A stretch of DNA of 64,000 bases from Actinomycetota bacterium. Its GTDB lineage: Bacteria > Actinomycetota > UBA4738 > HRBIN12. The position numbers were made by a program, and so were the translations under genes. Each line of letters opens with the position of its first letter. The first letter of the stretch is position 1. Shown here in pieces: positions 1 through 9,260 of the stretch. The stretch is from contig JAXLTF010000015.1 of the NCBI GenBank assembly GCA_046330185.1, forward strand, positions 7,224-71,223, written 5' to 3'. A model generated the notes under the pieces. The model saw only the letters and a program-made list of their open reading frames with translations, searched no databases and had not been told where the DNA came from.

Positions 1-589
1 AGTACGCGTACTGGTTGTTGTTCACCACCCACACGACGGGCAGGCGGTGGACGGCGGACCAGTTCAGCGCCTCGTGCCAGCGGCCGTTCGACGTCGCCCC
101 GTCGCCGCAGATGGCCATCGCGACGCGGCGGCTCCCGTCGCGCTGGTAGGCGAGCGCCGCGCCGCACGCCACCGGGTACGCGATCGGCAGGTGAGAGATC
201 ACGGCGAACGTGCGGTTCCCCGCCCAGTCGCCCGCGTGGCTGTTCCCGTCGCGTCCGCGGGTGTAGCCGTCGATGCGGCCCCAGAAGTTGGCCATCACCC
301 GGTTGAGGTCCAGGCCCTTCGCGAGCTGCGCCGTCAGGTCGCGGTGGGTGGGGAACAGGGAGTCGGCCGGCTCGAGCGCCGCCACCACCCCCACGTGCGT
401 CCCCTCCTGCCCCCGACCCGAGTAGATCGCCCCGGGGAGCCGACCCTGGCGGTACAGGGCCTCCATCCGCTCGTCGAAGTACCGGGCGAGCTTCAACAGG
501 TGCAGCAGCTCCTTCAGCCGCTCGTCGGGTAGGGGGCGTCCCTCGCGGGCCGTGTCGGTCGCCGTCGTCGTCACGCTCTCCTCGCTCAC
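1..589 (-). CDS. 2-oxoacid (pyruvate/branched-chain/acetoin-type) dehydrogenase E1 component alpha subunit. Only the N-terminal ~195 codons are present; the gene runs off the left edge.
   Basis: Not in the ORF track because it is edge-truncated. My minus-strand translation from GTG 589 (alternative GTG 574) reads ...LPDERLKELLHLLKLARYFDERMEALYRQGRLPGAIYSGRGQEGTHVG...ICGDGATSNGRWHEALNWSAVHRLPVVWVVNNNQYAY. This is the TPP-binding E1-alpha pattern (GDG...N...NN). GTGA overlap with the lpdA stop at 586-589. Confidence 0.85.
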   Translation of the reverse strand, partial: MSEESVTTTATDTAREGRPLPDERLKELLHLLKLARYFDERMEALYRQGRLPGAIYSGRGQEGTHVGVVAALEPADSLFPTHRDLTAQLAKGLDLNRVMANFWGRIDGYTRGRDGNSHAGDWAGNRTFAVISHLPIAYPVACGAALAYQRDGSRRVAMAICGDGATSNGRWHEALNWSAVHRLPVVWVVNNNQYAY

Positions 590-1968
590 ATCGAATGCAG
601 GGGCTTGCCGGCCAGGGCCAGGAACGCCTCCCCGACCCCCTCGGACAGGGACGGATGCGGGTGGTGCATCGACGCCACGTCGCTCGCGGAGGCCTCCCAG
701 TTCGTGACGAGCATCCCCTCGGCGATCAGGTCGGTCACGTGAGGGCCGACCATGTGGACACCGCGGATCGGGCCGTCGCCGGCTTCGGCGACGAGCTTCA
801 CGAAACCGCCCTCGCCGACGATGTTGGCCTTGCCGATCCCTCGCAGGTCGAGCCTCTCGGTCACGACGTCGATGCCGCGCTCGCGGGCCTGAGCCTCGGT
901 GAGGCCGACGCTCGCGATCTCTGGTGTGCAGTAGGTCACGCGTGGCATGTTCACGTAATCGAGCGCCGGCACGTCCAGGCCCGCGATACGCTCCGCGACC
1001 GCGTAGCCCTCGTCGAACGAGACGTGCGCCAGCTGCAACGGTGTCGCGGCCACGTCGCCGACCGCCCAGACGTGCTCCACGGTGGTCCGCAGCAGCTCGT
1101 CGACCTCCACGAACCCTCGGTCGGTCAAGGCGACCCCGGCGCCCTCGAGCGCGAGATCACCGGTCACCGGACCGCGCCCGATCGCGACCAGGCAGAGGTC
1201 GGCCGAGATCGTCGTGGAGGCGCCGTCGGTCCCGTAGGTGACGTCGACGACGTCGCCGGTATCGACCACCGAGCTGACGCTCACCCCCGACGCGGTCGTG
1301 ATCCCGCGGCGACGGTACGCGCGCGCGATCTCCTTCGAGACCTCCTCGTCCTCGAGCGGCGCCAGGCGGGGGAGGGCCTCGAGGAGGGTCACCTCGGCCC
1401 CGAACGACCGGTACAGCGACGCGAACTCGAGGCCGACGGCGCCCGCGCCGATCACGACCGCGGAGGTGGGGATCCAGCCGAACCGCAGCGCCTGATCGCT
1501 CGTGACGATGCGATCGGTCAGCTCGACGCCGGGGAGCGGCCGGGGAGACGAGCCCGTGGCTATGACCACGTCGCGTGCGCCGATGGTTCGGCCATCCACC
1601 TCGACCGCGGGGCCGGGACGAAGGGATGCGCTGCCGCTCACGACGTCGATCCCGCGCGCCTTGATCAGGCCCGTCACGCCCTTGACGAGCTTGTCGACGA
1701 TCCGATCCACGAAGCCCTCGACGGCCGTGCGGTCGGGTTCGCCGGAGGCCTTCACGCCCCACTCCTCGGCACGGTTGATCGTGTCGACGACCTCGGCGGA
1801 ACGCAGCAGCGCCTTCGTGGGGATGCAGCCGCGGAGCAGGCAGGTGCCGCCGATCCGTTCGTCGCGCTCGACGATCGCCGTCCGCAGCCCCAGTTGAGCG
1901 GCTCTGAGGGCGGCGGAGTACCCGCCCGTGCCAGCGCCGATCACGACTACGTCGTAGTCCTCAGCCAT
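586..1968 (-). CDS. lpdA: Dihydrolipoyl (dihydrolipoamide) dehydrogenase, E3 component
   Basis: Inner ATG at 1968 of ORF 586..2322 gives MAEDYDVVVIGAGTGGYSAALRAAQLG (FAD fold). Redox-active disulfide GGTCLLRGCIPTK. C-terminal HHPHPSLSE (H..E dyad). The upstream 118 codons of the track ORF look like a GC-driven extension. Confidence 0.95.
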   Translation of the reverse strand: MAEDYDVVVIGAGTGGYSAALRAAQLGLRTAIVERDERIGGTCLLRGCIPTKALLRSAEVVDTINRAEEWGVKASGEPDRTAVEGFVDRIVDKLVKGVTGLIKARGIDVVSGSASLRPGPAVEVDGRTIGARDVVIATGSSPRPLPGVELTDRIVTSDQALRFGWIPTSAVVIGAGAVGLEFASLYRSFGAEVTLLEALPRLAPLEDEEVSKEIARAYRRRGITTASGVSVSSVVDTGDVVDVTYGTDGASTTISADLCLVAIGRGPVTGDLALEGAGVALTDRGFVEVDELLRTTVEHVWAVGDVAATPLQLAHVSFDEGYAVAERIAGLDVPALDYVNMPRVTYCTPEIASVGLTEAQARERGIDVVTERLDLRGIGKANIVGEGGFVKLVAEAGDGPIRGVHMVGPHVTDLIAEGMLVTNWEASASDVASMHHPHPSLSEGVGEAFLALAGKPLHSM

Positions 1969-2047
1969 GCCCAAGAGGCAGTCTACCCGGCGTCCGCGCG
2001 ACGGCCGTTCGGGACTCCCATCGAGGGTGTGGGCGCGGCGCCGTAGG

Positions 2048-3172
2048 ATGCGCGCCGTGGACGACGAGCAGCTCAAGCACACACCGCTCGAGGCCGAGCA
2101 CGAGCGGCTAGGAGCCAAGCTCGGTCCCTTCGCGGGCTGGCTCATGCCCATCGAGTACGTGGGGGCGCTGCGCGAGCACGAGGCGGTCCGCGATCGCGTC
2201 GGGCTGTTCGATCTGACGCACCTCGGCAAGGTCGACGTGACCGGACCGGGCGCGCTCGGGATGCTGCAACGGGTCGTCACGAACGATCTGGCCCGCGCCG
2301 AGGTCGGCGAGGCGCTATACAACCTGGTGCTGAACGACGGCGGGGGCGTGATCGAGGACCTGATCGTCTACCGGCTCGAGTCCGAGCGGTTCTTCGTGGT
2401 GCCGAACGCGTCCAACGCGCCGCGGGTGCTGCGGATGCTCGAGGAGGAGCGGGCGGAGGGACGGCTGCACCTCATGTACCACCAGGACTGGTGCTTCCTG
2501 GCGGTTCAGGGCCCGGCCTCGGTAGAGGTCGTGCGAGGCATGTTCCCGGATGCCGGGGCCCTCGGCTTCATGCGCTGCGTCGAGTCGGAGTACCGCCGCC
2601 GGCCCGTGATCGTCACCCGGTCCGGCTACACGGGTGAGGTCGGGTTCGAGCTGTTCACCTACGAGGATGTCGCCCTCGACCTGTGGCGCGACATCTCCGA
2701 GGCGATGGCCCCGTTCGATGGGCTCCCCTGCGGTCTGGCGGCCCGCGACGTGCTGCGGCTGGAGATGGGCTACCCGCTGTACGGCCAGGACCTGTTCGAG
2801 TCTTCCACCGCCTTGGAGGCAGGGCTCGGATGGGCGGTGTCGTTCGACAAGGGGCCGTTCCGCGGTCGGGCCGCGTTGCTCAGGCAGCGCGAGGAGGGGC
2901 TGCCCAGCATCCTGCGAGGCCTGAGGATGCGGGAGCGGCGTCACATACCCCGCGCCCACTACCCCGTGTTCGACGGGGATCGCTTGGTGGGGGAGGTGAC
3001 ATCCGGGACGTTCTCGCCGGTCCTGCAGGCGGGGATCGGCCTCGCCTACCTCTGGTCGGCGGAGATCGCGGAGCCGGGGACCCAGCTCGAGGTGGATATC
3101 CGCGGCCGCCGGGGTGTCGCGGAGGTGGTGCGTCCGCCCTTCGTCGATCGGAGCCCGCGCGGAGGGGGTTAG
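2048..3172 (+). CDS. gcvT: Glycine cleavage system T protein (aminomethyltransferase)
   Basis: ORF 1967..3172. The inner ATG at 2048 gives MRAVDDEQLKHTPLEAEHERLGAKLGPFAGWLMPIEY...LFDLTHLGKVDVTG...SGYTGEVGFELF, the typical GcvT layout. Divergent from lpdA. Confidence 0.9.
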   Translation: MRAVDDEQLKHTPLEAEHERLGAKLGPFAGWLMPIEYVGALREHEAVRDRVGLFDLTHLGKVDVTGPGALGMLQRVVTNDLARAEVGEALYNLVLNDGGGVIEDLIVYRLESERFFVVPNASNAPRVLRMLEEERAEGRLHLMYHQDWCFLAVQGPASVEVVRGMFPDAGALGFMRCVESEYRRRPVIVTRSGYTGEVGFELFTYEDVALDLWRDISEAMAPFDGLPCGLAARDVLRLEMGYPLYGQDLFESSTALEAGLGWAVSFDKGPFRGRAALLRQREEGLPSILRGLRMRERRHIPRAHYPVFDGDRLVGEVTSGTFSPVLQAGIGLAYLWSAEIAEPGTQLEVDIRGRRGVAEVVRPPFVDRSPRGGG

Positions 3173-3873
3173 GACCTGCGGCCGTCGACGGCGTCGACGA
3201 AGTCGCCGACCAGCGCCTCGCCGAACCGCGTGCGGGAGATCAGCCGGTCGAGCATCGTCCGCGCGCGACGTCCGTCCCGCATCACGGCCACGACGAGGTA
3301 CAGGCCGGAGCGAGGGATCCCCAGCACGCGAGTGGGTCCGAAGCCCGGGGCGGCCACGAAGAACGCCCACCTGTTCACGCGCCCGCCGGCGCGGCAGGTC
3401 CCCTCTCCCCGCGCGATGTAGTCGCCGGGCGAGGACGGATCGCCGGAGATGATCGTCGGCCGGTTGTCCGCGAACACCTCGCTCCGCTCGGCCCGGCACA
3501 TCGGGGACCCCAGCAACCCGGAGAGCAGGGGTCCCGTCGCCGCCAGGTAGTAGAAGTCGGAGGGCACGCCGACCTCGGTCGCGTCTACCCAGGTCGCCGC
3601 CATGCCCTCTCGGCTCCCGTCGATCCCGGACCATCGGCTCGGGTGAGGGGCCGCGAAGAACCCCTCACGGGAGCCGTGGGTGGCGGAGAAGGGACTCCAC
3701 GCGTCCGGGATGATGGAGTGGATGGACCCGGCCGTGACCTTCGAGTAGGGGGATGGCGATGGATGGACGACGATCCGGTCGGGCCTGATCGTCGAGGCGA
3801 CGCCGGGGGAAGGCACGCCCGCGCATGCCGTCGCGACCAGGCTGATCGAGATCCCAAGGAAGGCTCTGCGCAC
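3169..3873 (-). CDS. Hypothetical secreted protein or lipoprotein
   Basis: ORF 3169..4023. The likely start is the GTG at 3873 (VRRAFLGISISLVATACAGV...), giving a signal-peptide-like N-terminus with a Cys after the hydrophobic core. No family recognised. Lies downstream of the kinase on the same strand. Confidence 0.5.
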   Translation of the reverse strand: MRRAFLGISISLVATACAGVPSPGVASTIRPDRIVVHPSPSPYSKVTAGSIHSIIPDAWSPFSATHGSREGFFAAPHPSRWSGIDGSREGMAATWVDATEVGVPSDFYYLAATGPLLSGLLGSPMCRAERSEVFADNRPTIISGDPSSPGDYIARGEGTCRAGGRVNRWAFFVAAPGFGPTRVLGIPRSGLYLVVAVMRDGRRARTMLDRLISRTRFGEALVGDFVDAVDGRRS

Positions 3874-3926
3874 GCGCCGGTTCTCCCGCGCGCAGGATAG
3901 CCGCACGGCGGGTCCGGTGCATCCCC

Positions 3927-5114
3927 TCAGGCGGCTCCGGGGGGTTCGGCGAATCGGGCCCCGGCGCGGGACGGCAGGCAGAAGGAGACCCGCGTTCCGC
4001 CCGCGGGCACCGGATCGGTCCACAGGATCCCGCCGTGCCGGACGATCAGCTGGCGGGAGAGGTGCAGGCCGACCCCCACGCCGGCCTTCTCCTTACGCAG
4101 GGTCGCCTCGCCCGTCGAGAAGGGTTGATCGAACGACCTCTGCGCGACGTCGCGACCGAGCCCCAGCCCATGATCGAGGACCGAGATAACGATGCCCTCG
4201 TCCATCACACGAGCGCGGACGTCGACGGTCTGACCCTCGGGCGAGTACCTGCACGCGTTCTCCAGCAGCTCCCGGATCACCCCGGCGATCCGCTCGCCGT
4301 CGGCGAGCGCACCGAGGAACTCGGGGATCCTGGTCAGGACGGGGACGCTGGGGTAGCGCGACCCGACGTCCGCGACCGCGTAGGTGATCAGCGGGGTCAG
4401 GTCCACGTACTCGATGTCCAGATCGAACGTTCCCCGTTCGAGCTCCGAGATCTCGATGAGCTCGTCGACCATCGAGGCTAGCTTGTCGATCGAGTCGGCC
4501 AGATGCGCGAGGAACCTGGCGCGCTCCTCCTCCGGGACGTCGGTGCTCCTGAGGACGTGCGCGATGCCCTTCGCCACCGTGAGCGGGGTGCGCAGCTCGT
4601 GAGAGATGTTCGAGAGGAAGTCGGCCTTGGCCACCGTCCCCTCGTGCATCTGCTGGCGGAGCTCGACCAGCTCACCCTCGAGCTCGCCGACGCGCGCGAG
4701 GGCGTCGGCGAGATCCTGCCCGATCAGGGCCGCGGCGCTGCGGGACAGCACGACCCCGCCCGCGCTGGCCGTATGGATCGCCCTGGCCGCCTCGTCGACG
4801 CCGTCCTCCTTCAGGAGGTAGCCGGCCGCTCCGGCGGTGAGGATCCGGGCGATGCGCGCCGGGTCGCGCAGGCGCGTCCACCCGAACACCCGGCTCACGG
4901 GAGCCGAGTCCCGGAGCCTTCCGACCAGCTCCGAGCCGCGGAGCTCCTCCATCGCGAGCTCGGTCACCACCACGTCGGGCTGCATGCGGGCCGCGAGCTC
5001 GACCGCGCGTGGCGCGATGGTCGTGACCTGGATCTCGAGCTCGGGATCATGCGCGAGCAGCCCGTACTGCAGCCGCGTCACCTCGTCGGCGGTGTCACAG
5101 AGCAGGACCTTCAT
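3927..5114 (-). CDS. Soluble sensor histidine kinase with an N-terminal receiver-like (pseudo-receiver) domain
   Basis: 395 aa. H-box FLSNISHELRTPL. HATPase N/G boxes (RELLENACRYS, DHGLGLG, GVGVGLHLSRQL). The N-terminal ~120 aa has a CheY-like fold pattern (KVLLCD..., ...AGYLLKEDG), but the phospho-acceptor position reads VVVTELAM (Glu, not Asp). No TM segments seen. Confidence 0.85.
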   Translation of the reverse strand: MKVLLCDTADEVTRLQYGLLAHDPELEIQVTTIAPRAVELAARMQPDVVVTELAMEELRGSELVGRLRDSAPVSRVFGWTRLRDPARIARILTAGAAGYLLKEDGVDEAARAIHTASAGGVVLSRSAAALIGQDLADALARVGELEGELVELRQQMHEGTVAKADFLSNISHELRTPLTVAKGIAHVLRSTDVPEEERARFLAHLADSIDKLASMVDELIEISELERGTFDLDIEYVDLTPLITYAVADVGSRYPSVPVLTRIPEFLGALADGERIAGVIRELLENACRYSPEGQTVDVRARVMDEGIVISVLDHGLGLGRDVAQRSFDQPFSTGEATLRKEKAGVGVGLHLSRQLIVRHGGILWTDPVPAGGTRVSFCLPSRAGARFAEPPGAA

Positions 5115-5189
5115 CCCGTGCTTGTATCGGCCGGTCGGGGGAGCGGTTGAGCCGAACGGCCCCCCGGCGAACGTCTGGGGCCGGCCCGG

Positions 5190-5828
5190 TCAGTGCACGA
5201 TGCCCGTGCGGATGGCGATCGCGACGGCCTGCGCGCGGTCGTTCGCGCCGAGCTTCTCGAAGATCCGCTCCAGGTGGGTCTTCACGGTGTGCGGGCTGAT
5301 CCCCAGCTCGCTGGCGACCTGCTTGGTGGTAGCGCCGTCGGCGACCTTCTGGAGGATCTCGCGTTCGCGTTTGGAGAGCGGCGTCTGGTCCTGGTTCGGC
5401 TCGGCGAGGCGGACCTCCTCGATGAACGTGCGCGTGAGCTGGGGGTGGATCACCGCGTTGCCCTCGATCGCGTTGCGCGCGGCGTCGATCAGCGCATCCG
5501 CCGATGCGTCCTTCAGGAGGTAGCCGGAAACCCCTGCCTGGATGGCCTGGGCGATCGCCCCGCGAGACTCGTCGATCGTGATCAGGATGACCTTCGTTTC
5601 CGGCGCGACCTCGAGTATCCGGCGCGTAGCCTCGATCCCGTCCATGCCCGGCATCCTCACATCCATGAACACCACGTCGGGGGTGAGCTCACCAGCCCGG
5701 TCGACCGCCTCCTCGCCGCTGGCCGCCTCGCCGACCACGGCGACATCGTCGGACAGCTCGAGGGCGGTGCGCAGGCCCTCGCGGGTGACCGGGTGGTCAT
5801 CGACGATCAGCGCGCGGATCTCTGGCAT
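5190..5828 (-). CDS. NarL/LuxR-family response regulator
   Basis: 212 aa. Receiver domain (LIVDDHP..., VVFMDVRMPGMDG, ...SGYLLKD). C-terminal LuxR HTH (LSKREREILQKVADGATTKQVASELGISPHTVKTHLERIFEKLG). Confidence 0.9.
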   Translation of the reverse strand: MPEIRALIVDDHPVTREGLRTALELSDDVAVVGEAASGEEAVDRAGELTPDVVFMDVRMPGMDGIEATRRILEVAPETKVILITIDESRGAIAQAIQAGVSGYLLKDASADALIDAARNAIEGNAVIHPQLTRTFIEEVRLAEPNQDQTPLSKREREILQKVADGATTKQVASELGISPHTVKTHLERIFEKLGANDRAQAVAIAIRTGIVH

Positions 5829-5893
5829 CCGTCGACCGCTCCTTGGGCGTCGGGGGAAGTACGCTAGCCCGTAGGATAGAGCGCCGAGCGAGG

Positions 5894-6244
5894 ATGGTTC
5901 GTATGCCCGACCAGGAAACCGTCGACACGTCGGAGCGGGGAGCAGTGGAGCGCGAGCAGGTCCTCGAGGCCCTGCGGAGCGTCTACGACCCCGAGCTGGG
6001 TATCAACATCGTGGATCTTGGCCTCGTCTACGAGGTCGAGGTCTCGGACCTGGGCGATGTGGACGTCACCTACACGCTCACCACGATGGGGTGTCCGCTC
6101 GGGCCGCTGATCGAGGACCAGATGCGTCAGATCCTTGCCGCGGTCCCCGGGGTCGGGGAGGTGAGGCCTGAGATGGTCCTCAGGCCCGCCTGGAGCCCGG
6201 AGATGATGTCCGAGGAGGCCAAGGCCGCCCTCGGGGTCTTCTGA
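5894..6244 (+). CDS. sufT: DUF59/SufT-like Fe-S assembly protein
   Basis: Inner ATG at 5894 of ORF 5843..6244. VYDPELGINIVDLGLVYEVEV...TLTTMGCPLGPLIEDQ matches the MIP18/SufT (Rv1466-type) pattern, including the conserved Cys. Confidence 0.8.
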   Translation: MVRMPDQETVDTSERGAVEREQVLEALRSVYDPELGINIVDLGLVYEVEVSDLGDVDVTYTLTTMGCPLGPLIEDQMRQILAAVPGVGEVRPEMVLRPAWSPEMMSEEAKAALGVF

Positions 6245-6278
6245 CCCTTCTCGGGGCACGCCCGACGTCGGCAACCGC

Positions 6279-6307
6279 TTGACACCGTGCCGGCCGCGGG
6301 GTAGTTG
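6279..6307 (+). promoter_or_regulatory. Candidate sigma70-type promoter in the 340-nt gap upstream of the rhodanese gene
   Basis: TTGACA at 6279-6284, a 17-nt spacer, then TAGTTG at 6302-6307. The -35 is consensus but the -10 is imperfect. Sequence inspection only. Confidence 0.2.
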
Positions 6308-6584
6308 TTGCATCTGCAAATCCGATCCCGGAGGTAGGATCCCTCTTGTCCGCAGCGCACGGCCGACCCGAGCCCGAGGCCGCGTCGTGATCCGTACGCG
6401 GTGCGCCGGCTTGGTCGCCGCGATGATCCCTTGCCGCCTGTGCTGTACGCGCCCGGGCGTCTGACCGGAGCGCCCGCCGGGCCGTAGCCCGCACACCCTC
6501 TCCGGTGAAGCGATCGCGGGCCCTCGCCATCCGGGCACCGATCATCGAGGGGCGACGAGCCCCATCCGAGCAAGGAGACATCGC

Positions 6585-7427
6585 ATGGGTGAGTACGCGA
6601 AGGCCGACGTCTTGGTGTCGACCGACTGGGTCGCGTCGCACGTCGGCGACCCGAACGTCCGCATCATCGAGGTGGACGAGGACTCCTCGGCCTACGAGAA
6701 GGGCCACATCTCGGGCGCGGTCGGCTGGGATTGGTCGACGGACCTGCACGCGAAAGTCGGTAGGGACTACGTGTCACGGGAGGAGCTCGGCGAGCTGTTG
6801 TCGGTGGCCGGCGTGGACCGTGACACGATCGTCGTGCTCTACGGCGGGAACAACAACTGGTTCGCCGCCTATGCCTACTGGATCTTGAAGCTCCGCGGGT
6901 TCGACGCCGTCCGTCTGGTCGACGGTGGGCGCAAGAGGTGGGAGCTCGAGAGCCGTGAGCTTACCCAAGAGGTCGCGACGTACGATCCGACGGACCTGAC
7001 GATCGAGGCTCCCGAGCGGCCCGAGATCCGGGCCTGGCGCGACGAGGTGATCGGCAAGGTGGGAAGGGTCGGACTGGTCGACGTCCGCTCGCCGGAGGAG
7101 TACCGGGGCGAGAAGCTCGCTCCGGATCACCTGCCCCAGGAGCAGTCACAGGTGCCCGGGCACGTCCCCGGCGCGGCGAACATCCCCTGGTCCAAGGCCG
7201 CCAACGACGACGGGACGTTCCGCTCGGCCGACGAGCTACGGGAGCTCTACGCCGCAGGGGGCATCACCCCCGACCGCGAGGTGATCGCCTACTGCCGGAT
7301 CGGCGAGCGCTCCTCGCACACCTGGTTCGTTCTCCAGGAGCTGCTCGGGTTCCCCAGCGTCAAGAACTACGACGGCAGCTGGACCGAGTACGGCTCGCTC
7401 GTCGGCGTTCCGGTCGAGGTGGGGTGA
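6585..7427 (+). CDS. Thiosulfate sulfurtransferase (tandem rhodanese, SseA/CysA2-type)
   Basis: 280 aa. N-terminal LVSTDWVASHVGDPNVRIIEVDED. Active-site loop AYCRIGERSSHTWF (CRxGxR). AGGAG-like RBS (caaggagac) before the ATG. Confidence 0.9.
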   Translation: MGEYAKADVLVSTDWVASHVGDPNVRIIEVDEDSSAYEKGHISGAVGWDWSTDLHAKVGRDYVSREELGELLSVAGVDRDTIVVLYGGNNNWFAAYAYWILKLRGFDAVRLVDGGRKRWELESRELTQEVATYDPTDLTIEAPERPEIRAWRDEVIGKVGRVGLVDVRSPEEYRGEKLAPDHLPQEQSQVPGHVPGAANIPWSKAANDDGTFRSADELRELYAAGGITPDREVIAYCRIGERSSHTWFVLQELLGFPSVKNYDGSWTEYGSLVGVPVEVG

Positions 7428-7492
7428 TCGTCGAGGTCCCCCGTATGCCGAGGCGAGAGGGACGGGCCGGAGCCCGCCGCAGGTCCGTTCCC

Positions 7493-8113
7493 TCACGCCG
7501 GCTCCGTCGATCCGGATCGGCCCGTGGGAACGCCGAGGACCAGGTTCACGAGCGAGCCGATCGCATAGCCGAGACCGAGCCCGCCGACCACGTCGATCGG
7601 GTTGTGCGCACCCAGGTAGATCCGGGCGAACGAGACCAGGGCGACGATCGCCCATGGGACGATCCGCCACCGTCCGGACAGGTACGGGGTGGTCGCGACG
7701 GCGAGCCCCGTCACCAGGATCACGTGACCCGACACGAAGGCCGCGCCCGTCCGAGCCGTCCCGGCCCGCACGATGGCCTCGGGTTCGGTCACCCCGGGCC
7801 GGGATCGTTGGACCATCCGCCAGACGACCCGCTCGGCGACGAGCTTCAGCGCCGTCACGGCGAGCGCGGCGACCGCGAGCCGCGGACGCCGCCATATCAG
7901 CGCGACGGCTGCGACCAGCGGGCCGACCACGAGCACCCCAAGGAACTGCACGCCGACCCCGACCGGTTGCAGCGCGTCGGTGAGGTGGTTGATCGCCTCG
8001 AAGACGCTCCGCTCCGGGTCCGAGACGGCGCCCGATCGCGCGATCAGCCCGCAGCCGGCGAAGATGATCAGGCCGGCGGCCAGGCCGATCCCGTCGGCAC
8101 GGCGGCGCACCAT
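7493..8113 (-). CDS. PAP2-family membrane phosphatase (paralog A)
   Basis: Inner ATG at 8113 of ORF 7493..8239, just downstream of the stop of the preceding gene at 8124. Motifs KLVAERVVWRMVQRSRPG (KxxxxxxRP), SGH and FARIYLGAHNPIDVVGG (SRxxxxxHxxxD-like). Multiple TM segments. Confidence 0.75.
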   Translation of the reverse strand: MVRRRADGIGLAAGLIIFAGCGLIARSGAVSDPERSVFEAINHLTDALQPVGVGVQFLGVLVVGPLVAAVALIWRRPRLAVAALAVTALKLVAERVVWRMVQRSRPGVTEPEAIVRAGTARTGAAFVSGHVILVTGLAVATTPYLSGRWRIVPWAIVALVSFARIYLGAHNPIDVVGGLGLGYAIGSLVNLVLGVPTGRSGSTEPA

Positions 8114-8123
8114 CGCGGCGGCG

Positions 8124-9260
8124 TTACGCCGACGTCGCGGCGGCGCCGGCGGCCTCGATCTCGCGCGCGATCGACCCGGGCGGCGGGGTGTCTCGTCGCC
8201 ATGACCGCTTGCCGCGCCATATGAAGTACGTGAAGGCACCGATCGGGATCTGGATCCCGTAGGTCAGGACGCGGAAGATCAGGACCCCTGCCACGATCTC
8301 GGCCTTCTCGGCCGGGTAGAAGTTGGCGAGCCCGGCGACGTAGCCGAGGTCGATCACCCCGACACCTCCCGGCGTGACGGGAACCGCGCTCAGGAGCCGG
8401 CTGAACGCGAACACCGCGAAGATCTCGGCCGCGGAGAGCTCCTGCTCGGAGATCCCCATGTGGCGGAGCGAGAGCAACAGGACGAAGTACAGGGCGATGT
8501 GGCTGAGTACGGTGGTCCAGGTCAGCCGGATCCATCGCCGGCGCACCAGGACGATCGTCTCGCGCCTGAACCTCGCCGCGCCGTCGCCCATCCCGGTCGC
8601 CGGCCGGCGGCCGAAGGGCCTTCCCACCGCCGAGATCACGCGGCCCACGAGCTCACCGACCTTCCTGGCCATCGACTCGCTCCTGAAGATCAGGGCGAGC
8701 AGGACGACCGCGATCACCAGGACCGCGAGCCCGACCGCCGCGGCACCCACGAGCGCCGGATAGGTCTTCCCGGACAGGACGAGGAGTGCGAGCGCGAGGA
8801 CCGGCAACGCCAGCTTCGTGAAGATGTTCCAGATCCCGGTGACCCCGACGAACAGGGCGGTCTCCCCACCCGTGAACCCCCAGGAGCTGAGGATCGCGTA
8901 CGTGAGACCGATCGCGACGGCGCCGCCCGCCGGCAGCGTGTTCGCCACGGTGGTGGTCGTCTGCGTGACCACCGCCGACCGGCTGAGCCGAAGGCCCGGG
9001 AGGGCGGCCTGGTTCGCGAGCCAGTACGTGAACAGGTTGAAGACCATCGCGGCGAGGAGCGACGCGAGCTCGAGGGGGGTAAGGGTCCGCATCGCGTCCC
9101 ACACGTCTCCGTAGTCCGCGAACTTCGGGATCGCGAAGGCGAAGATGCCGACGACGATGACCATGCCGACGGCGAACCAGGCGATCTGTTTCCATGTGAT
9201 CCTCCGGCGCGAGCCGGGGACGGGCGCGGACGGTTCCGCGAGGGCGCCTTCCATGGACAT
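8124..9260 (-). CDS. UPF0104 / lysyl-phosphatidylglycerol-synthase-like transmembrane (flippase-like) domain protein
   Basis: ORF 8124..9383. I prefer the ATG at 9260 (MSMEGAL...), because the longer form would overlap the divergent gene at 9356. A polytopic membrane protein (...ITWKQIAWFAVGMVIVVGIFAFAIPKF...) recalled as the TIGR00374/MprF-TM type. The family assignment is from memory. Confidence 0.65.
   Translation of the reverse strand: MSMEGALAEPSAPVPGSRRRITWKQIAWFAVGMVIVVGIFAFAIPKFADYGDVWDAMRTLTPLELASLLAAMVFNLFTYWLANQAALPGLRLSRSAVVTQTTTTVANTLPAGGAVAIGLTYAILSSWGFTGGETALFVGVTGIWNIFTKLALPVLALALLVLSGKTYPALVGAAAVGLAVLVIAVVLLALIFRSESMARKVGELVGRVISAVGRPFGRRPATGMGDGAARFRRETIVLVRRRWIRLTWTTVLSHIALYFVLLLSLRHMGISEQELSAAEIFAVFAFSRLLSAVPVTPGGVGVIDLGYVAGLANFYPAEKAEIVAGVLIFRVLTYGIQIPIGAFTYFIWRGKRSWRRDTPPPGSIAREIEAAGAAATSA

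Noticed and set aside
595-2046. 483-aa forward ORF covering the whole lpdA region, plus nested ORFs 924..1241, 1238..1495 and 1502..1897
   Set aside because: It is antisense to a well-supported lpdA. It is Arg/Ala/Gly/Pro-rich with no recognisable motifs. This is the typical shadow ORF produced by extreme GC content.
1969-2047. Possible glycine riboswitch upstream of gcvT (and at 56108-56192 upstream of the GcvT paralog)
   Set aside because: The gaps are only ~80 nt. I could not find the conserved glycine-aptamer core elements. The region more likely holds only the divergent lpdA and gcvT promoters.
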